Source: Sphagnum compactum (taxonomy: Eukaryota). Taken from it: 64,000 bases of DNA. This document shows positions 1-14,409 of the stretch, in pieces. The first letter of the stretch is position 1; the number at the start of each line of letters is the position of its first letter. Under the pieces are notes generated by a model. The model saw nothing but the letters and a program-made list of their open reading frames with translations, was not told the origin of the DNA and did no database searches. The position numbers and the translations under genes were made by a program. The stretch lies in NCBI GenBank assembly GCA_965153455.1, contig OZ234493.1, positions 17,226,213 through 17,290,212 of the forward strand, given 5' to 3'.

Positions 1-394
1 GCGTTGCCATAATGTTCCTTTTCCCAAAACAACCCTAATTATTATTTGGTTATATATGCCCAGCGGCGTTGCCATAATGTTCCTTTTTCCCAAAACAATG
101 ACGGCTACCCATTTTGTTGGACCCTCCTATGGAAAAAGATAAAGCAATTTCTTCAAGGAAATGAATATGACATCAATCGAAATAAATATCAATTTCCCCC
201 CGCTCTGTTACCGATAATTTAATATTAGTTTTCATTCTGGGTTTAGGGTTGTTTGTATTCCAAACCAATACGTCTCACATCAAATCTTCGTTCATGGCAC
301 CAATTTGCATTTTACTGGTTCAATTTCATCCACCACACAATTCGGCCAAGGTTTATCCGAACGACACATGTTCGCCATCCAGGACAAACAAAAC

Positions 395-2985
395 ACGACG
401 GGCACAGCATGCGTCGCATGGTGGCCCTACCATTTATGACGATAAGAAACAAAACACTAACTTAAATGGGATATTGTTTTATTTTTCTTACAAATGACAG
501 TAAAAGTAGACTAGATCGCATATACAAGATTTCTTCTCATGTGAAATTAGGTCACATTGCAGGATCCTATATCCTCTATATTAAAGCAAAGGTGGTGTCT
601 GTCTGTCTGTTTGTCTATGTGTAGCTTGAGGTTCCCTAACCCTGTCCCCACCTCCTTAAGTCCTTCTTCTTCTTCAAACCCTAGATTTAGGGTTTGAAGT
701 CCAGATACACGGTTGCACCTTGAAGTTCCCAAACGAGGTCTCAATCCAGGTTCTTCGGAGCCAAATATTGGGGTTTCAAGCCTGGCTCTAGGTCCAGGTC
801 TCGATCCACGTGCAGCTTGAGGTTCGCAGACCAAGTCCTTCGAATCCAACGATTGGGGTTTGAAGTCCAGATCCAATTTTGGGTAAGAGTCGAAACTATG
901 GATTTGTCTATTTGTGCACCCCAAAAAATCGTATTAATTATATTATTATTATTTTAAATTTTGTAAACCTCTCCTTGAGAGAAAATGTAATAATAAGTGT
1001 ATTTATTCTAAAGGTACCCATTCTTCAACCATATGGTAATAATAGCAGCGGTGGGTTTTTCTATTTTTGCGAATTGTTTTTGTTTATAGCCAAAATGGCC
1101 ATCATCTGTAGGAAGATGTGGAAAAAGTGGGTAATTATCTGGAAGGAATATTTAGCCACACCTGGCTACAAATCCAAACATGGAAGCACAAAGCGTTGGG
1201 GGTGGCTGGAGTGGCGTAGCCACGGGTTACCCACTAGTATACGAGCAAACGTGGTGGTGTCTGTTTGTCTGTGTGTTCGTCACAGACATTCGCGAATTGC
1301 GGCCATGGCAGTGGGATGAAAGAGCTCTACGTACGTCCGTCTTCCTTTCTTTCTTTCTTAGTTTCTGACTGTCTGTTCGTCCGTCTGTTAGTCTTTCCGT
1401 CCATCTGTCCTTCTTTCCATCATTAACCTCCCTATCATCCCTTGCCCCATTTTCCGTTTCGCTTATTTATATATTTTTAGTTTTTTTTTCGGGCGGCCAC
1501 GTGATTGGCCTACTCAGTATGTGTAGTAATGTACATACCTCTGCCTACACGCAGCTCCTTGATTTTTTTTATTGCCAGATTTTTTTGCCAATTCGCACCT
1601 GAAATATATGATTTCTAATTTCAACCTGTTTGAAGGATTTTCCGTGGGAAATAAATGGTCCCAAATTGGCTAGACTTTGTGGGAAAAAAAAAGGTTTATG
1701 AAACACCAGACTTTTATGGTAAGTTCTATTCGGTAGCCAATACTACGGAAGGACCCCCTTTTCCTTCTTTTTTAAAAATAAAAACTTTCGTAGTTGGTGA
1801 TGTTAGCGAATTTGGCCCCTTTTTCAGTTCCTCTTTCTTCTTTTTGGGGATGATGGTCACTTTGGTGACATCACAAAATTGACCATTGAAGACACACACA
1901 AAAAAAAACAAGGAAAGAAAAAAGGAAAAAAAACCACTGCTACTAATGCTACTTAACTGGTGCGTACACTCGCAATGTTGTTACACACACACACATACAT
2001 CGCTTTCCAGACCCTCATGTGAGTGTTGATGTTCTCAGAACATTTGTACACAAATATAATTAAAGTGCAAGAATACCAATTCGATATATTAATTGTAAGT
2101 TCATCATTCTTGAACATACACTTCCTAGTCACATGGAAAAGAATGAATGAACGATCAATAGATGCACCAACAAGTCCACCGACAAGCAACAAACAAAATC
2201 TTTAATGAAAGGAAAGAATTCAGCAAAGCGTTATTTAAAGCCTAACACGGAGTACGTGGATCCTCGATCTTGTGCACTTTTCTGAACATTCGCAAATCTA
2301 ACACGGCATGCGTCACATGCTGGCCCTGCCGTTTACGATAAGAAAAAAAAACGTTTACTTAAACGGGATATTGTTTAATTTTTCTTACAAATGACAGTAA
2401 AAGTAAACTAGATCGTATTTACAAGATTCCTTCTCATTGCAAGATCCTATATATTAAAGCAAACGTGGTGGTGTCCGTTCGTCATAGACATTCGCGGATT
2501 GTGGCCATGGCAGTGGGATCAAAGAGCTCTCTATGTACGTACGTCCGTCCGTCCATCTGTCCGTCTTCCTTTCTTTCTTTCTTTCTTAGTTTCTATGTAT
2601 CTATTCGTCCGTCCCTCGGTCCTTCCGTCCAGCCATCCTTCTTTCCATCGTTAACCTCCCCATCATCCCTTGCCCCATTTTCGCTTATTTATATTTCTTT
2701 AGTTTCTTTTTCGGGCAACCACGTGATTGGCCTACTCAGTATGTGTAGTAATGTACGTACTACTGCCTACTTGCCAAAACCCTAAACCCTAAAACCTGGG
2801 ATTTGTTTTATTGCCACTTGTTTTGCCAATTTTGCACCTGAAATATATGGTTTCAAATTTCAACCTATTTGAAGGATTTTTCGTGGAAAATAAATGGTCC
2901 CAAATTGGCCAGACTTTGTGGTAAAAAAAAAGTTTATAAAACACTGGCCAGACTTTTATGATATGTTGTATTGGGTAGCCAATAA
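395..2985 (+). repeat. Degenerate direct duplication (about 400-540 plus 1243-1750 vs about 2303-2985) containing a Helitron 5' region
   Basis: Shared colinear blocks, e.g. ttttcttacaaatgacagtaaaagta, cacgtgattggcctactcagtatgtgtagtaatgtac and aataaatggtcccaaattggc. Confidence 0.8.
572..1237 (+). mobile_element. Non-autonomous Helitron nested in the 5' end of a related Helitron
   Basis: 5' end A|TCCTCTATATTAAAGC. 3' hairpin GTGGCGTAGCCAC, short spacer, then CTAG|T at 1234-1238. No TSD. The paralogous site at about 2445-2475 is empty. Confidence 0.75.
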
Positions 2986-2997
2986 TATTCCTTACAC

Positions 2998-3905
2998 AAC
3001 ATTAAATATTTATACCCTATTAAATGTATTCACAAAAATAAATAGACCGAAAAAAATCCTTGGGTGGTCCACATGTATATCCGAAACATTTGAAGGGTCC
3101 AATAAAGCAGACTTCAATAAATAATTCTTGATTCATTTTGTGATACGGCTGAAGGTTCTCCATACAAATCCATATTATATACCTCTTTGATGGTAAAGGT
3201 TTTCAATTTGATAAGTATTGTTTTATCCATTCTCTCCGAGCTATTCTTTAATTTCCCCAGGAGAAAAGTTCGTCCACCCTGAATCCTAAAACGAGATTTG
3301 TGGCTGCTGCGCCAGTGGGTGTTGGGTCATTCAAGCCCAGGAAAATAAAAAGGGGGGAAATTTTATACGGCACGAATTTTTTTTCCTGTTTAATCAAGCA
3401 ATGAACATCCTTGGTGGGCAGGAGTCCTACAATACTCCTACTCTAAAAAGATGCAAATGATTACGATCCCAAAACAAAATATGTCCTTGCACGGCATTAA
3501 ATATTTATACCCTATTAAATGTATTCACAAAACATAAACAGACAAAAAAATAAAAATCCTTGGGTGGTCCACCTGTATACCCGAAACATTTGAGGGGTCC
3601 AATAAAGCAGACTTTGAAAAAATAATTCTTGATTAATTTTGTGATACGGCTTAAGTTCTTCCATACAAATCCATATTATATACCTCTTTGATAATTATGT
3701 TTTATCCATTTTCTCCGACCTGTTCTTTAATTTCCCCAGGAGAAAAGTTTGTCCACCTTGAACCCTAAAACAAGATTTGTGGCTTGTGCGCCGGTGGGTG
3801 TTGGGTCATTCAAGCCCATGAAAAAAACAGGGGGGGAAATTTTATATGGCACGGATGTTTTTTCTTGTTTAACCAAGCAATGAACATCCTTGGTGGGCAG
3901 GAGTG
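2998..3905 (+). repeat. Direct duplication of a roughly 410-430 bp unit (about 2998-3427 and 3495-3905)
   Basis: Shared cattaaatatttataccctattaaatgtattcacaaaa ... caatgaacatccttggtgggcaggagt. Confidence 0.85.
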
Positions 3906-6900
3906 ACTTGGGTGATTTTTTAGCCATTTTTCGGACCTTTTTTGTAATGAAAATAAATAAATAACCCATATCTAGACCTAGGTCCACCCATTTTGTAAAA
4001 ATGCTACAGCCCACCTCAAATGACAGTTGCCAGTAACAATGGTAGTAAATGTTGGGGGACCCTCCCCCCATTGGACCTATTTGAGGAACTTGTAAAGAAA
4101 AGTGAACCCTATGTACCTCAGACAAATAATGCCATGTCAATGTCTGCTGCTGCTAGTGCCTTGTTTACCCCCCCCCCCCCCCCCCCCCCCCCATGTAGTA
4201 GGCTAAGTAGTATTCAGTTTTCTGGGCAGCTTGGTCTACAACGTTAGAGAACAACAGTATGTTAAGATCCTGTAAATAGTCGAACTGTCCCAAATCAGTA
4301 CTGTTTTTTTTTTTTCCAAGTCTCATACTGTGACTAGCAATCATTCACTGTGTTTGTAGTTGCTGGAAACAACTAGTTGGTCCCTTCTGGGACCTGGAGT
4401 GGAGGTAGGCCTAGCGCCCAATATTATGAAAGGTATTAATATTTTTACTGTCGATGTAACTAAGGATTTTTCATGTAATTATGACAAAATCATTCAAGTG
4501 CTGTGAAAGAAAGGCGACGAAACAAATAAATCTTTACTTTGGAAGTGTTTGAAATGATGCCACATGGCACTCTGATAAACAAGCCAGCAGCAGCTGCAAA
4601 ATCACTGGCATACACAAGTCTTCTTCAGCACCTGGACGCCTTTTGCAGCTGATGTCCACAGACATGTCTCTGATGGATTCAACTATACAAATGAGATTGG
4701 AGGGTATTTTCACAAGAGCCCTGTGAATTATATGGTCTTGGACTTATTGCGCAACTCTAACTCGCCTTTTTTTTTTCCCAAAATAAATGTTGCTGCTAGT
4801 GAGAACCGGCATGTAGGTTGAAATAGCCTGTCATTGTGCCCTTTATTAGTACCCAACATATTTATTCTAAAAAATTCCCCAATAACAGGGCAACACTAGT
4901 ATCAATGCCTTGATTGTTTAGATAAAAAAATTGTGGACTCTGCTAAACTTTTCCAAATTCCCATCTAGCAATTAAGTAGTTTCAATGATATTCAATCAGC
5001 CAACAAGCACACAGTGACCTGAGAGCCTTTGGGTGAACCCAAGCTAGTCCATTTAAATTATTTCTAAACATTACAAGTATCCCATGCTTAGACTAAATCA
5101 GGGTGTCCGAGTTCAGATTTAACATTTTTTTGGGCTTAATATGGCCACTAAGAGGGCTCATTCGAAAAGGTCAAGGTACCAACATGGGTGCTGGGTTCAC
5201 CCTGGCCGACTTGTGGCCTACACTGACAACTGGTTGGTCACCTTCAACTTCTTGAGTGAGGCAGGTTAGTGGCCAAATTAAAACCCAAGAGATGTTAGAT
5301 TTGGAATCAGAGCCTGTGGTTTTGTCTAATCATGGGATATTTGTAATATTTAGAAACGATTCAAATGATTTTTTTTAATTTCGACCATGGCATCAATGTT
5401 GGTGCTCCTTCATCCAAGGCATGTATTTATAATGTTTAGAAGCAATAATGTTTATACCACAGTACCTTTTGCAGGTGCTAATTCATCCAAACCCCTGATT
5501 GAGGCCTCTTAGTGCATATATTTAACCTGCAAAATCTTAAATTTGGACTTGACAAACCCAGCCCATTAAATATTAAAACTAGCGATACTTGTAATGTTTA
5601 GAAATGATAAAAATCAATGCTGTAATCTATCTAGAGCATCAATACCCACAATCAGATTTGGATAAGCCTTATCCAGGAAAAACATTTGGACAAAAATATA
5701 TATATGAGAGTGTTGTTGCTCCAATAAAAGACAACGCCTACTGTTCAAAGTTTTCATTGTTGTTGGCACGCTCTGCATGCGCTAGCAATATATGCATATA
5801 TTTGCATTCTGGAGATCCCCATGAGGTGGGGTATTCATTAAACAATGGTGGCCACAATATTAGCTTTGGAAAATGCAATAGAGAGCTCACCATTCTTAAC
5901 CCAAATTTCAGATAAAAAGCAAATTCTTAGCCAATAGACTTGCAGTACAACCGGTGGCGGCTTGTACCAACTACCAAGAACATTTCATTTCATTGTTTGG
6001 TAAGTGGTATGCATTGGTAGTCTACTGTAGTCAATGTTTAAAAACCCAGTCTTCAAGCCAGATGCAGATCTTCTTCCCCTCCAGCTCTGCGAGTCTGCTG
6101 GCATCATATACAGCTTTGCTTATTTACAACCCAAGAATGCATCCTGTGGCTGTTCATCCTGCAATGGTGGTTAACAGTCTTCAACATTTTTGGGATAAAA
6201 TTTTTGTTATGATTTTCCATTTAAGGGCATCTCCAGCGATGCTCAGTTTGTGACCCTGAAAATATATTTATGGCATCCAAGTTTTGGTTGTTTACAATTT
6301 TTTTCCAAAATACCTATAAAACTAGCACTGAAAATGGGTGGAAGGGTGCTAATAGCGACCCATCCGGACCAATCAAACTATCCAGCCAATCAAGAGCAGG
6401 TGTGAGGCTTTGTTGTGCCTTTTACCAGCCTCAGCAAAATGTACAAGAATGCCCGGCCAAAACCATTTTGCTGCACCAAACCAGCATGTTTTGACTTTTC
6501 TCATCTATTTTAATTTCCAGGGCACAGCGGTCGCGATAACATGGTAACCATTGCGATCGACGGATTGGATGGGGTAGATCATTTCCAAACATCCGTGGAT
6601 GTAGGGGATCATCTTCAATCACCCGTGGACAAAAGAGATGATTTATATTCACTCCATAGGGTGGATCCTTTTTTGGTAAGGCATGGACGATGTGGATTAT
6701 TTTTGGTCATCCACACATTATTGAGATCACTTTTAACTGCCTGGAAAAAACAGCAATTGCGCAGATCATTTTCATTTTCCCAATGCCCCTGGATCACGTC
6801 CATCGTCGATACACAACCCCAATATGGGGTAGATTATTTTTGGTCATCGATACATGGCCCGTATTGGTATTATTTTCTATACCAGGCCTTAAGGTATGAT

Positions 6901-7057
6901 CCGCTTGCATTTGAAAGGGACTTGAAGTCCGAATGGGTGCCAAATATGATGGTGGAACCAATGTGATTTGTTGGAATGTTGACATCATTGCCAATGAAAA
7001 GTTGACACGTCACATCAATTTTTGCCCCCCCCCCTTGGCTGGAGAAGATTGTGCCTA

Positions 7058-8063
7058 CAGTAGTCTCCCGCTTAAGTACGCAACTTGAACCTACATGGTT
7101 TGTGTGTACTTAGCCAGTAGGTGCGTACTTTAGATTTGCAGCTCCCAAGTCGTTCACTTTTGGTAATCTACTTTGCAACTACACAATACCTATTGAGATA
7201 GAATCAGATTACCTTGTCCCTTATGGCAAGTTCGGTGAAATGTTTCCATGAAGTCTCACAAGTTAGGACACGTGGTGGACATTCCTGAAAATGTGGGACC
7301 AAATGAAAGCTAGGTACATTATTGGGTGGTCCCTCCTCCCTCAGAGAGACAGAGCCACGAAAGAAAAAAACTACTTTACCTGAACTAAGTTGACATCCGG
7401 GAACTTCTCCATTTTCCTTTTTTAATTATTCCTTTGTACTGTACATTTTCGAAATCTTCTGTGTGTTTGTTAATAAAGTTTTGCAGGGTTTCACCACTTT
7501 ACCCGATGTTGGGGTGATGCACCTGTCACGAAGCATTTCTATTTTTTAAGTGGGTTTTGTCTCTTCTTCTTTCTCCTTTTTCCATTTTGAGTTCTACAAA
7601 AAAGATCCCACTTGAAATCTGTGTTTTTTGGGTGCTCCATATTAAACCAGTGTTGGGCGGTTCTCTCCTTTTTCAAATAAAAGAACTAGTGTGTAGGGTT
7701 GAGTACCCGGGACCCTTCACAAGCGATTCCCATAAAATCAAAGAACCAGTTCAGATCCTTGACCAGCAGTCCTCAAAATAAACCCAAAACTAGAGGTTCT
7801 TCTGATGATTGTATGTTTTTGCAAAAAACTGGAACTAGAGCTTCTGTGATTGTGTCAATTTTGTGAAATCCTGAACCAGAACTTCTGCAATTCCGAATTT
7901 CTTCAGAAAATTGGAAGCTTGGATCATTTTATCTGTAAAATTTATTAAAAAATCGTACACCAGAGGTAATTAATAATTTTGAACCCTAATTTTTTGCCCA
8001 AACAATGCGTACTTAACGGGGATGCGTACTTAAATGGGTGCGTACTTAAACGGGAGATTACTG
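7058..8063. mobile_element. Tc1/mariner (pogo-like) non-autonomous element
   Basis: TIRs CAGTAGTCTCCCGCTTAAGTACGC and GCGTACTTAAACGGGAGATTACTG. TA target duplication at 7056-7057 and 8064-8065. Repeated subterminal TGCGTACTTAA motifs. Confidence 0.85.
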
Positions 8064-11000
8064 TAGTTGAAAGTCTTATGGAAAATCAAAATTGCTTCGT
8101 GGGCCGTCGGTAGGAACAGGTGTGTCAGGGATCGGTAGGTCGAAGGCGAGTAGGTCGATGCTTGCAGATGGTTGGTGTTTGTGTAACGTGCAGAGATGGC
8201 AGATTGGTTGGTGGGGTGGGGGCAAAAAGGTGCTCAAGAGGCCGATGCAAAGCTCACCGAACTCACTCGATTATCATTATATATTGTAAAAGAAGAAAGT
8301 TCCTTCCCCTAAAGCTGTGCAAGGTACTAAAATAGTGTAAATTGAAAGGACCCAATCAAATGTCACCTTCTGGGTCAATCACTGACATTAGTGAACCAAA
8401 GGAATTTTTTTCATAAAAAAAAAAAAGATAACATCCCAAAATAGAGGAAAATATTTCTTTTTGGTTTCTTTGATCCTTTAAAAAATATTAAAATAAAAAT
8501 GTAGGAAAGTTTTTATTTAAATGGTGTGATTAGTGTTTCTCTCTTTCTAATTTTGTGGTGTAGTCGAAGGGGTGATCCTCCATAACAAAGGTTTGGCCAA
8601 ATTGGGCTATAAACAAGATATGAAAGTGGAACGATTTAAGCATTCTTCTATATTGTTTCCTAACTACGGGCACCCAACATAGAAGTCTTGGGATTTCTTT
8701 CTTTTTCTTTTTTCCCCCGAAACTTGGTGATAAAACTCGCAAATTTCACTTTTTCTCAGTGAATATTTTCTTCATCAAATATATAGTCAGAACATCCCTA
8801 TAAAAAGTCGTTCATAGAAGGATGGAGTCATTTCTATGAAATTGTTACATTAAAAAAAACTATAAAAGGATGTTCATAAAAACACGGAGCTAGAAGTGAT
8901 GATTCATAAATTAATTGTTTTCAACTTTTGTGATGTAGACAAAACCCCATATCATACATAAAAAAATGGAGACAACCACGATAACAATCGTCTCTTCTTG
9001 GCTAAGTAGCCAAAAAAATCTCACAAAATTAATGCCCATGGATACTTCTGACAACAATTTGATTCCCAAAAACCATGGGATTTTAGTATTCATGTTTTAA
9101 ATTCTCACCTCAATGTGAAATAGATTCCTTAATTCATTACCAAATTATGAATATCGTGTACGATGCATAACAGGACATGGACATGTGAGAAAACACAATC
9201 AAGATAACTTACGTGTCTCAATAACAAGTGTACTTGGGCCGATGAGTAGGCATCACATTATGCAATGGCTTTTTGTGACCCCCAACATCTTCAAAAAAAA
9301 ATGTTCAGCCCAAGCTGTCTTCTAAATAAAAGCCCTATTCTGACAAATTTTCACTAATCCTCATCCGAAACATGTCGGACAACTTGATGTTAAAGAACAT
9401 GCTTTATTTGAAGGGTGATACATAAGGGTAGAAAAGTTGATATGATTCATGCGGTAAATTTTAATCAATGTAATATCAAAAATTATTTTTTATGTCAACG
9501 TAAAAATTTAGTGTTAATCAATATAAATATGATGGACATGGAAAGGCACACATTAATTTATCTTCTCGTATCCATGGTTGGCGGGTACTTACGAAAAGGG
9601 GTGAAATAATTTTAAAGATAAGTTATTAAATGGTTATTTTAAAAAATGAGTGGGAGATAGTTATTAGGATAAGAAGTAATCATTAAGGAAAGAGGTTAGG
9701 TTTAGGGTTAAGCTTGAGAATGAGATAGTTATATTTGTAAATGTCTTTGGAATTGTTCAAGCATAACCACACAATGGGTCATGCAAAATCAATTGGCATA
9801 TTTGGCTTAAACTTGGTGGGGATGATAGCCATTTTTTCCTACATCTTCCCACTATTTTGGCTACAAACAAAAAATGCCTAGAAAGGAAAACTGAAGTTTC
9901 GGCTACTCCCTATTGTTATCTGAGAGCGAGAGGGAGGGGATAAGATAGTGTGTAAGATAGTAAGATGATGCGTAAACCTTAAACCCTAGTGTTACTGTAT
10001 TGTGAGTGCGCACCATTAATCGCGTTGCCTGCCTTGGCTGGTGAAGGGCACTTGCAGAAAAAATCGGATTTAATGTGATCTCACTGCTACCGAGAAGGTT
10101 GGCCCATCACGATGATCGGTCCACGTGGTTTGAGTTTTACGGGCGGGGTTGCGAAATAGTACAAAACTAAACTTGGATGGGGAAAAAAGATCCGTCAGGT
10201 CATCTCCAGGGTGGTGAACAAAGGCCCAAAGATGGGATGACTTCAGGGAAAAATCCAACATTTCGTCGGGCTTCGGTTTAGGGTTTGGGTGGCGCGAGCC
10301 TCCTCAACGGCTCCCTCGAGGGAGCTTCATAAAGGAGCGTCGGGCTCTTCCACAAAAGGGGGCAGTTTTAATTCATTTCAAATATATATTTATATTCCGA
10401 GTTTTTGCAAATTTCCCTGGTAGAAACAACTTACATATCAGTGAGGACCTACTACCAAAAAATGGTCCTTAAAATCAAGAGCAAATTCAATGAATTCCTG
10501 AATATTTTGCTAGCATGACCTGAAATGCAAAGTATATCCTTTTGCATGTAGAATAAATGTTGGAGGTCCATGTGTATTAAAACCTACCTTAAAAGTATCA
10601 CATAAATGAAAGCTTACCTTAAAATTATTCATCCATCTAAATATCTCTCTCTCACTACTGACGTTGACAATGTATCATTGATTAGATGCAAACTCAATTG
10701 ACAATCACCATTAAAGAGGGAACTCCTAACATGAACACGTCCAGCAAAGGTGATCGGATGGGTTTCCCCATGTCCATAGACGAATGATGTAAACCCACCA
10801 AACTTTATGACAACAAAACACAAGAAAAGAGGATGGGAGTGAAAAGAAAGAGGGTTTAGGGTCAAGTGGTCATAAAGCTCAGAGGCCCGAAAGAAGGGGG
10901 GGGGGGAGGGAACATTTTTCCCTTCCATTTGACCTATACCTATTTGGTTTTTCCCGTCACAAATATGGTCAAGAGCCAAATTTGGCCTCACAAAGAGCTG

Positions 11001-12096
11001 GCCAAAAGCCCGTTTTGAACTACCCAGATTTGATGAGAAGCAAAGGCTTGATTGCCAACCCCCAAGCCCCTAGACGTTGGTCGATGCCAAATTTTAACAC
11101 GTTTCACATTCACTTACCATAAAACGGCACTACTCAAGAACTGGCAAGTGTAACAAAGGCAATTTATTCATGAATGGGGTCAAAAAGGGGCCAAATAATG
11201 GGAGATGGCCAAAAGTGATGCCAATAAAACTAACCGAAGTGGCAGTTCATAATTAACCCCAGTCCATCAGTTCAAAAATATTTGCCCTCATCATCTCTGT
11301 GCTCCCCATGTGTGAACTCGTAAGTATTTGTTTACTTTTTCGCGGGCTTTTGATTTTTCAGCCTTTTTACACCTTTCGAATGGGCAACCTCCCATCTAAG
11401 ATGGCGCCAAAGGGGGGTCTTTTTTGCTGATTTGGCGCAGGTCGATTGGCCCTCACCCTTAAAAATGATTTTCCCCCCTAGGCCATGAAATCCCAGGATA
11501 CCCCGCACTTTTCCGTCGAGTCAATTGCGTGCCCATTCCAGGAATTTGGGTAGGTAAGTGCGTGCCCATTCGATGGAACACTTACCTACCCAAATTGAAT
11601 GCGAAATTATTTGAATCCCTCTTCACACACAGCCAGCAATGGAGATAGTAACCCAACGACCTAAGAAAAGCCCATTTGTTCAGGTGCCGCCTTCTCATTG
11701 GTGCCAGTCCGGTGGACTCCTCGATCTGGAGGCGCACAACTTCTTGGCGCGTTCTCATTGGGCGATAAAATTGAACGTACAACTAAAAAGGTCAGCTACA
11801 AATGGTTGATTCGAGAGGCCAAATAACGACGTGTCAGCTCCTGTGTGGTGGGCCCAAATGGGGACAAATTTGTTGCCATGCCGGTCGGACAAAGCAGGTC
11901 CATCGGTCAATGCGCCCAGAAATGGACCGCACGGGCGAGGGCGCGGCCGCGGACGGGGGAAGTTAACGGGTTGCAAGTTTCCCGCCTCTGCTCATCACCT
12001 GCTAACCGGCACCCGTCAAGAGTCCTGGTTCAGTTAGTACCTCGTTTAGTAACTTTCGCTGGGGGGTAAGTAGTAAGATAGTAAGGTACATCAAGG

Positions 12097-12475
12097 GGCC
12101 ACGGTGAACCAGCAACTGCCAATGCAGCATGACGGATGAATGATAAGTGTTCCAGAAATAGTTTTCTGTTGGGCTCCAGTTCCATAGCTAACCATGGTAG
12201 TTAGCTCAGTTGCCCTTTTTTTTCTACCTACCTACTAACAACCCACAAGCAGGTTGTTATTAGGTAGGTAGTAAAAACAACCCTTTCCCATGTATAAACC
12301 ATCTACTCAACTAGTAATTTCCTACCTACGTACCTACCTATGTATGAGAGCTATTTCCTACACAATTGGTTACTGAGGTGAATCCAAACGTTAACCCAGT
12401 TTGAGGTTCATCCACAACTGAGTATATAACGGGCATCCAGTGGATGGTGCGCTGGTGGGCGCTCGTTCTTGTAAG
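12097..12475 (+). mobile_element. MITE of about 0.4 kb, same family as 20518-20914, opposite orientation
   Basis: Starts GGCCACGGTGAACCAGCA. Body matches the reverse complement of 20518-20914 (ctacctacctactaacaacccacaagcaggttg). Right TIR is degenerate. Confidence 0.7.
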
Positions 12476-14371
12476 GTCACGTATGTTGTTGTGCTTCCCA
12501 AAAAAAATAAAAAAAATAAAAAATTACTGGCCCGACTTCGAGAGAAGCTTCCTAATCGGGTGCGGGTTAGCTTTTCTTTCTTTATTTCCTGACAATGTTG
12601 CTTATTAATGTGTGCCACCAACGGGTTTTTTTTTCTCTTTCCCCAAACCAATGTTTTTTTTGGGGTCAATTTTGTGATATAGCCAACCTAACCGTCATCC
12701 ATAGGCGGATTTAGCCTAATTTGATTACAAGATAAATATGATAACAGTAAAAAAACATATAATATTTTTGGCAACTTACTGGAACCACCAGACACAGAAA
12801 CTTTTAACTTTAGTTAGTTTACTTAATTTTTAATTTTCGCTTTCTGGCTGTATTGGCCAGCAAGAAAAAGGTTGCTTTCAATAAACTTGGCCAGTTAAGT
12901 ATAAGGTACATGTATACCTTACTGTACTCATAACTGTCTAGTAACACAAGTAAACATAATTATCTAGTTTTAATTTAGTTGAGTTTGTTTGATGTGGAAC
13001 TTCAAACCTTGTGGAACTTTGTGGCTTTTTTTTCCAATCCAAAAAAAATGAGAGAAAGAAATACAAAAAGAAAAAGAATTTAAATTAGGGTTTACAAACA
13101 GAAGATACAAACGTGAGGGATTATTTTGAAAAACTTATAAAAAAACTACTATGGCTGTTTTTTCTTCTTTTCCAGATTTTGTGATGTAAAGAATTTGGTG
13201 AATGTTTTTCAAGAAAAGAAAAATTGTCAAAATTTACACGAAAAACACAATCATCCAAAATTCTGGTTTGAAAAATGATGTTTTTTTAATTGGAAAATAG
13301 GTGAAGTTACTACATTTAGAAATACAATTGTCCAAAAATTTACCAAAATTATTGGTTTGAATAAAGACTACGAATTTTAATAGTAAGTTAGTAAATTTTA
13401 TTAAAATTAAAAATTCAATTATCACAAATTTTAACAGCATTTTGGTTTGAAAAACGACGATGATTTTTTTGTAGCAAAATTAATCGAATTTATTACACTT
13501 TTAAAGACAATAATTATCAGTAGAGTTTACCTATTTACTGAGCATTTTTCTTTGCTGCTGGGCTTTTTCTTATCTTCTTCCAGTTCCTGCGTACGGTGTC
13601 AGAGTTCCCCCGCTTCCACACCTAGTCTGTTGTGTCAGTACCGTGCACTGGCGTCCGGCAGGAATTCTTTGTCGTTGTGTGTATGTTTTGCTGTTTTGTT
13701 GGACGGACGGGAGTTGCTATTGATGTTGGTGACGGACGGATCATCATTCGTGGAAGAAGTTCGAGCCCGAACTCCTCCACAAAAACTCCTCCGATGAAAT
13801 GCAGGAAAATAACATGAATGAAAAACAAACAGATGTAAGTCGAGGAAGGAAGGAAGGAACGCAACAAAAGGGAGGAAATATTTTTGTGTTCGTTTCTTCT
13901 GTCTGTTGCTGAAGAAACAAACAGTTTACAGTAGATGTGTTTTGTAGGGCTTCTTGACGTTCTCTGCTTTTTGTTTTGTGGGTTTCTTTTCTCGTTGTTG
14001 AAGTCTTTTTCGGTTTTTTTGTTCCTGTTCCGGAAAGACCTCTTTCGGTTTAGCTGCCTTCCTGCCTGTCCGCCTGTGCGTGGGATTTTTGTAAGACCAA
14101 AGGAGACGAAGAAGAAGAAGAAGAAGCAGGAGACAAACAAAGAAGGAAACGAAGAAGGGGGATAAAGATGGAGAGCTGAAAAGGACAAGAAACAACTCTT
14201 TGTTAAAAGGGTTGAACTGTTCCCGTCCCTGTAGCACGATTTTAGAGCATGGAGATGTTTGAACCTCGAGAGCCGTCTGCCTTTGTGCAATGGCGGCCTC
14301 CAGATGTTTTGTCCTCTGCCGTAGTTTCCTTTCATGCAAACCTTGCTGAAACCCTGTAGATCAGACCCCTG

Positions 14372-14373
<2 letters not shown>

Positions 14374-14408
<35 letters not shown>
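14374..14408. repeat. (GA)n microsatellite
   Basis: Direct reading. Confidence 0.95.

Positions 14409-14409
<1 letters not shown>

Noticed and set aside
2777-2797. Telomere-like AAACCCT repeats (also scattered TTTAGGG)
   Set aside because: Only 2-3 imperfect units. These are common interstitial telo-box motifs.
6221-7050. PIF/Harbinger-like element starting TAA-GGGCATCTCCAGC
   Set aside because: The matching right TIR is only partial (GCTGGAGAAG) with no TSD, and the internal ORFs are unidentifiable. Similar lone ends lie near 30815 and 31092.
13622-14339. 237-aa and 137-aa ORFs
   Set aside because: Low-complexity, leader-like sequence (GAA and T runs) with no recognisable domain.
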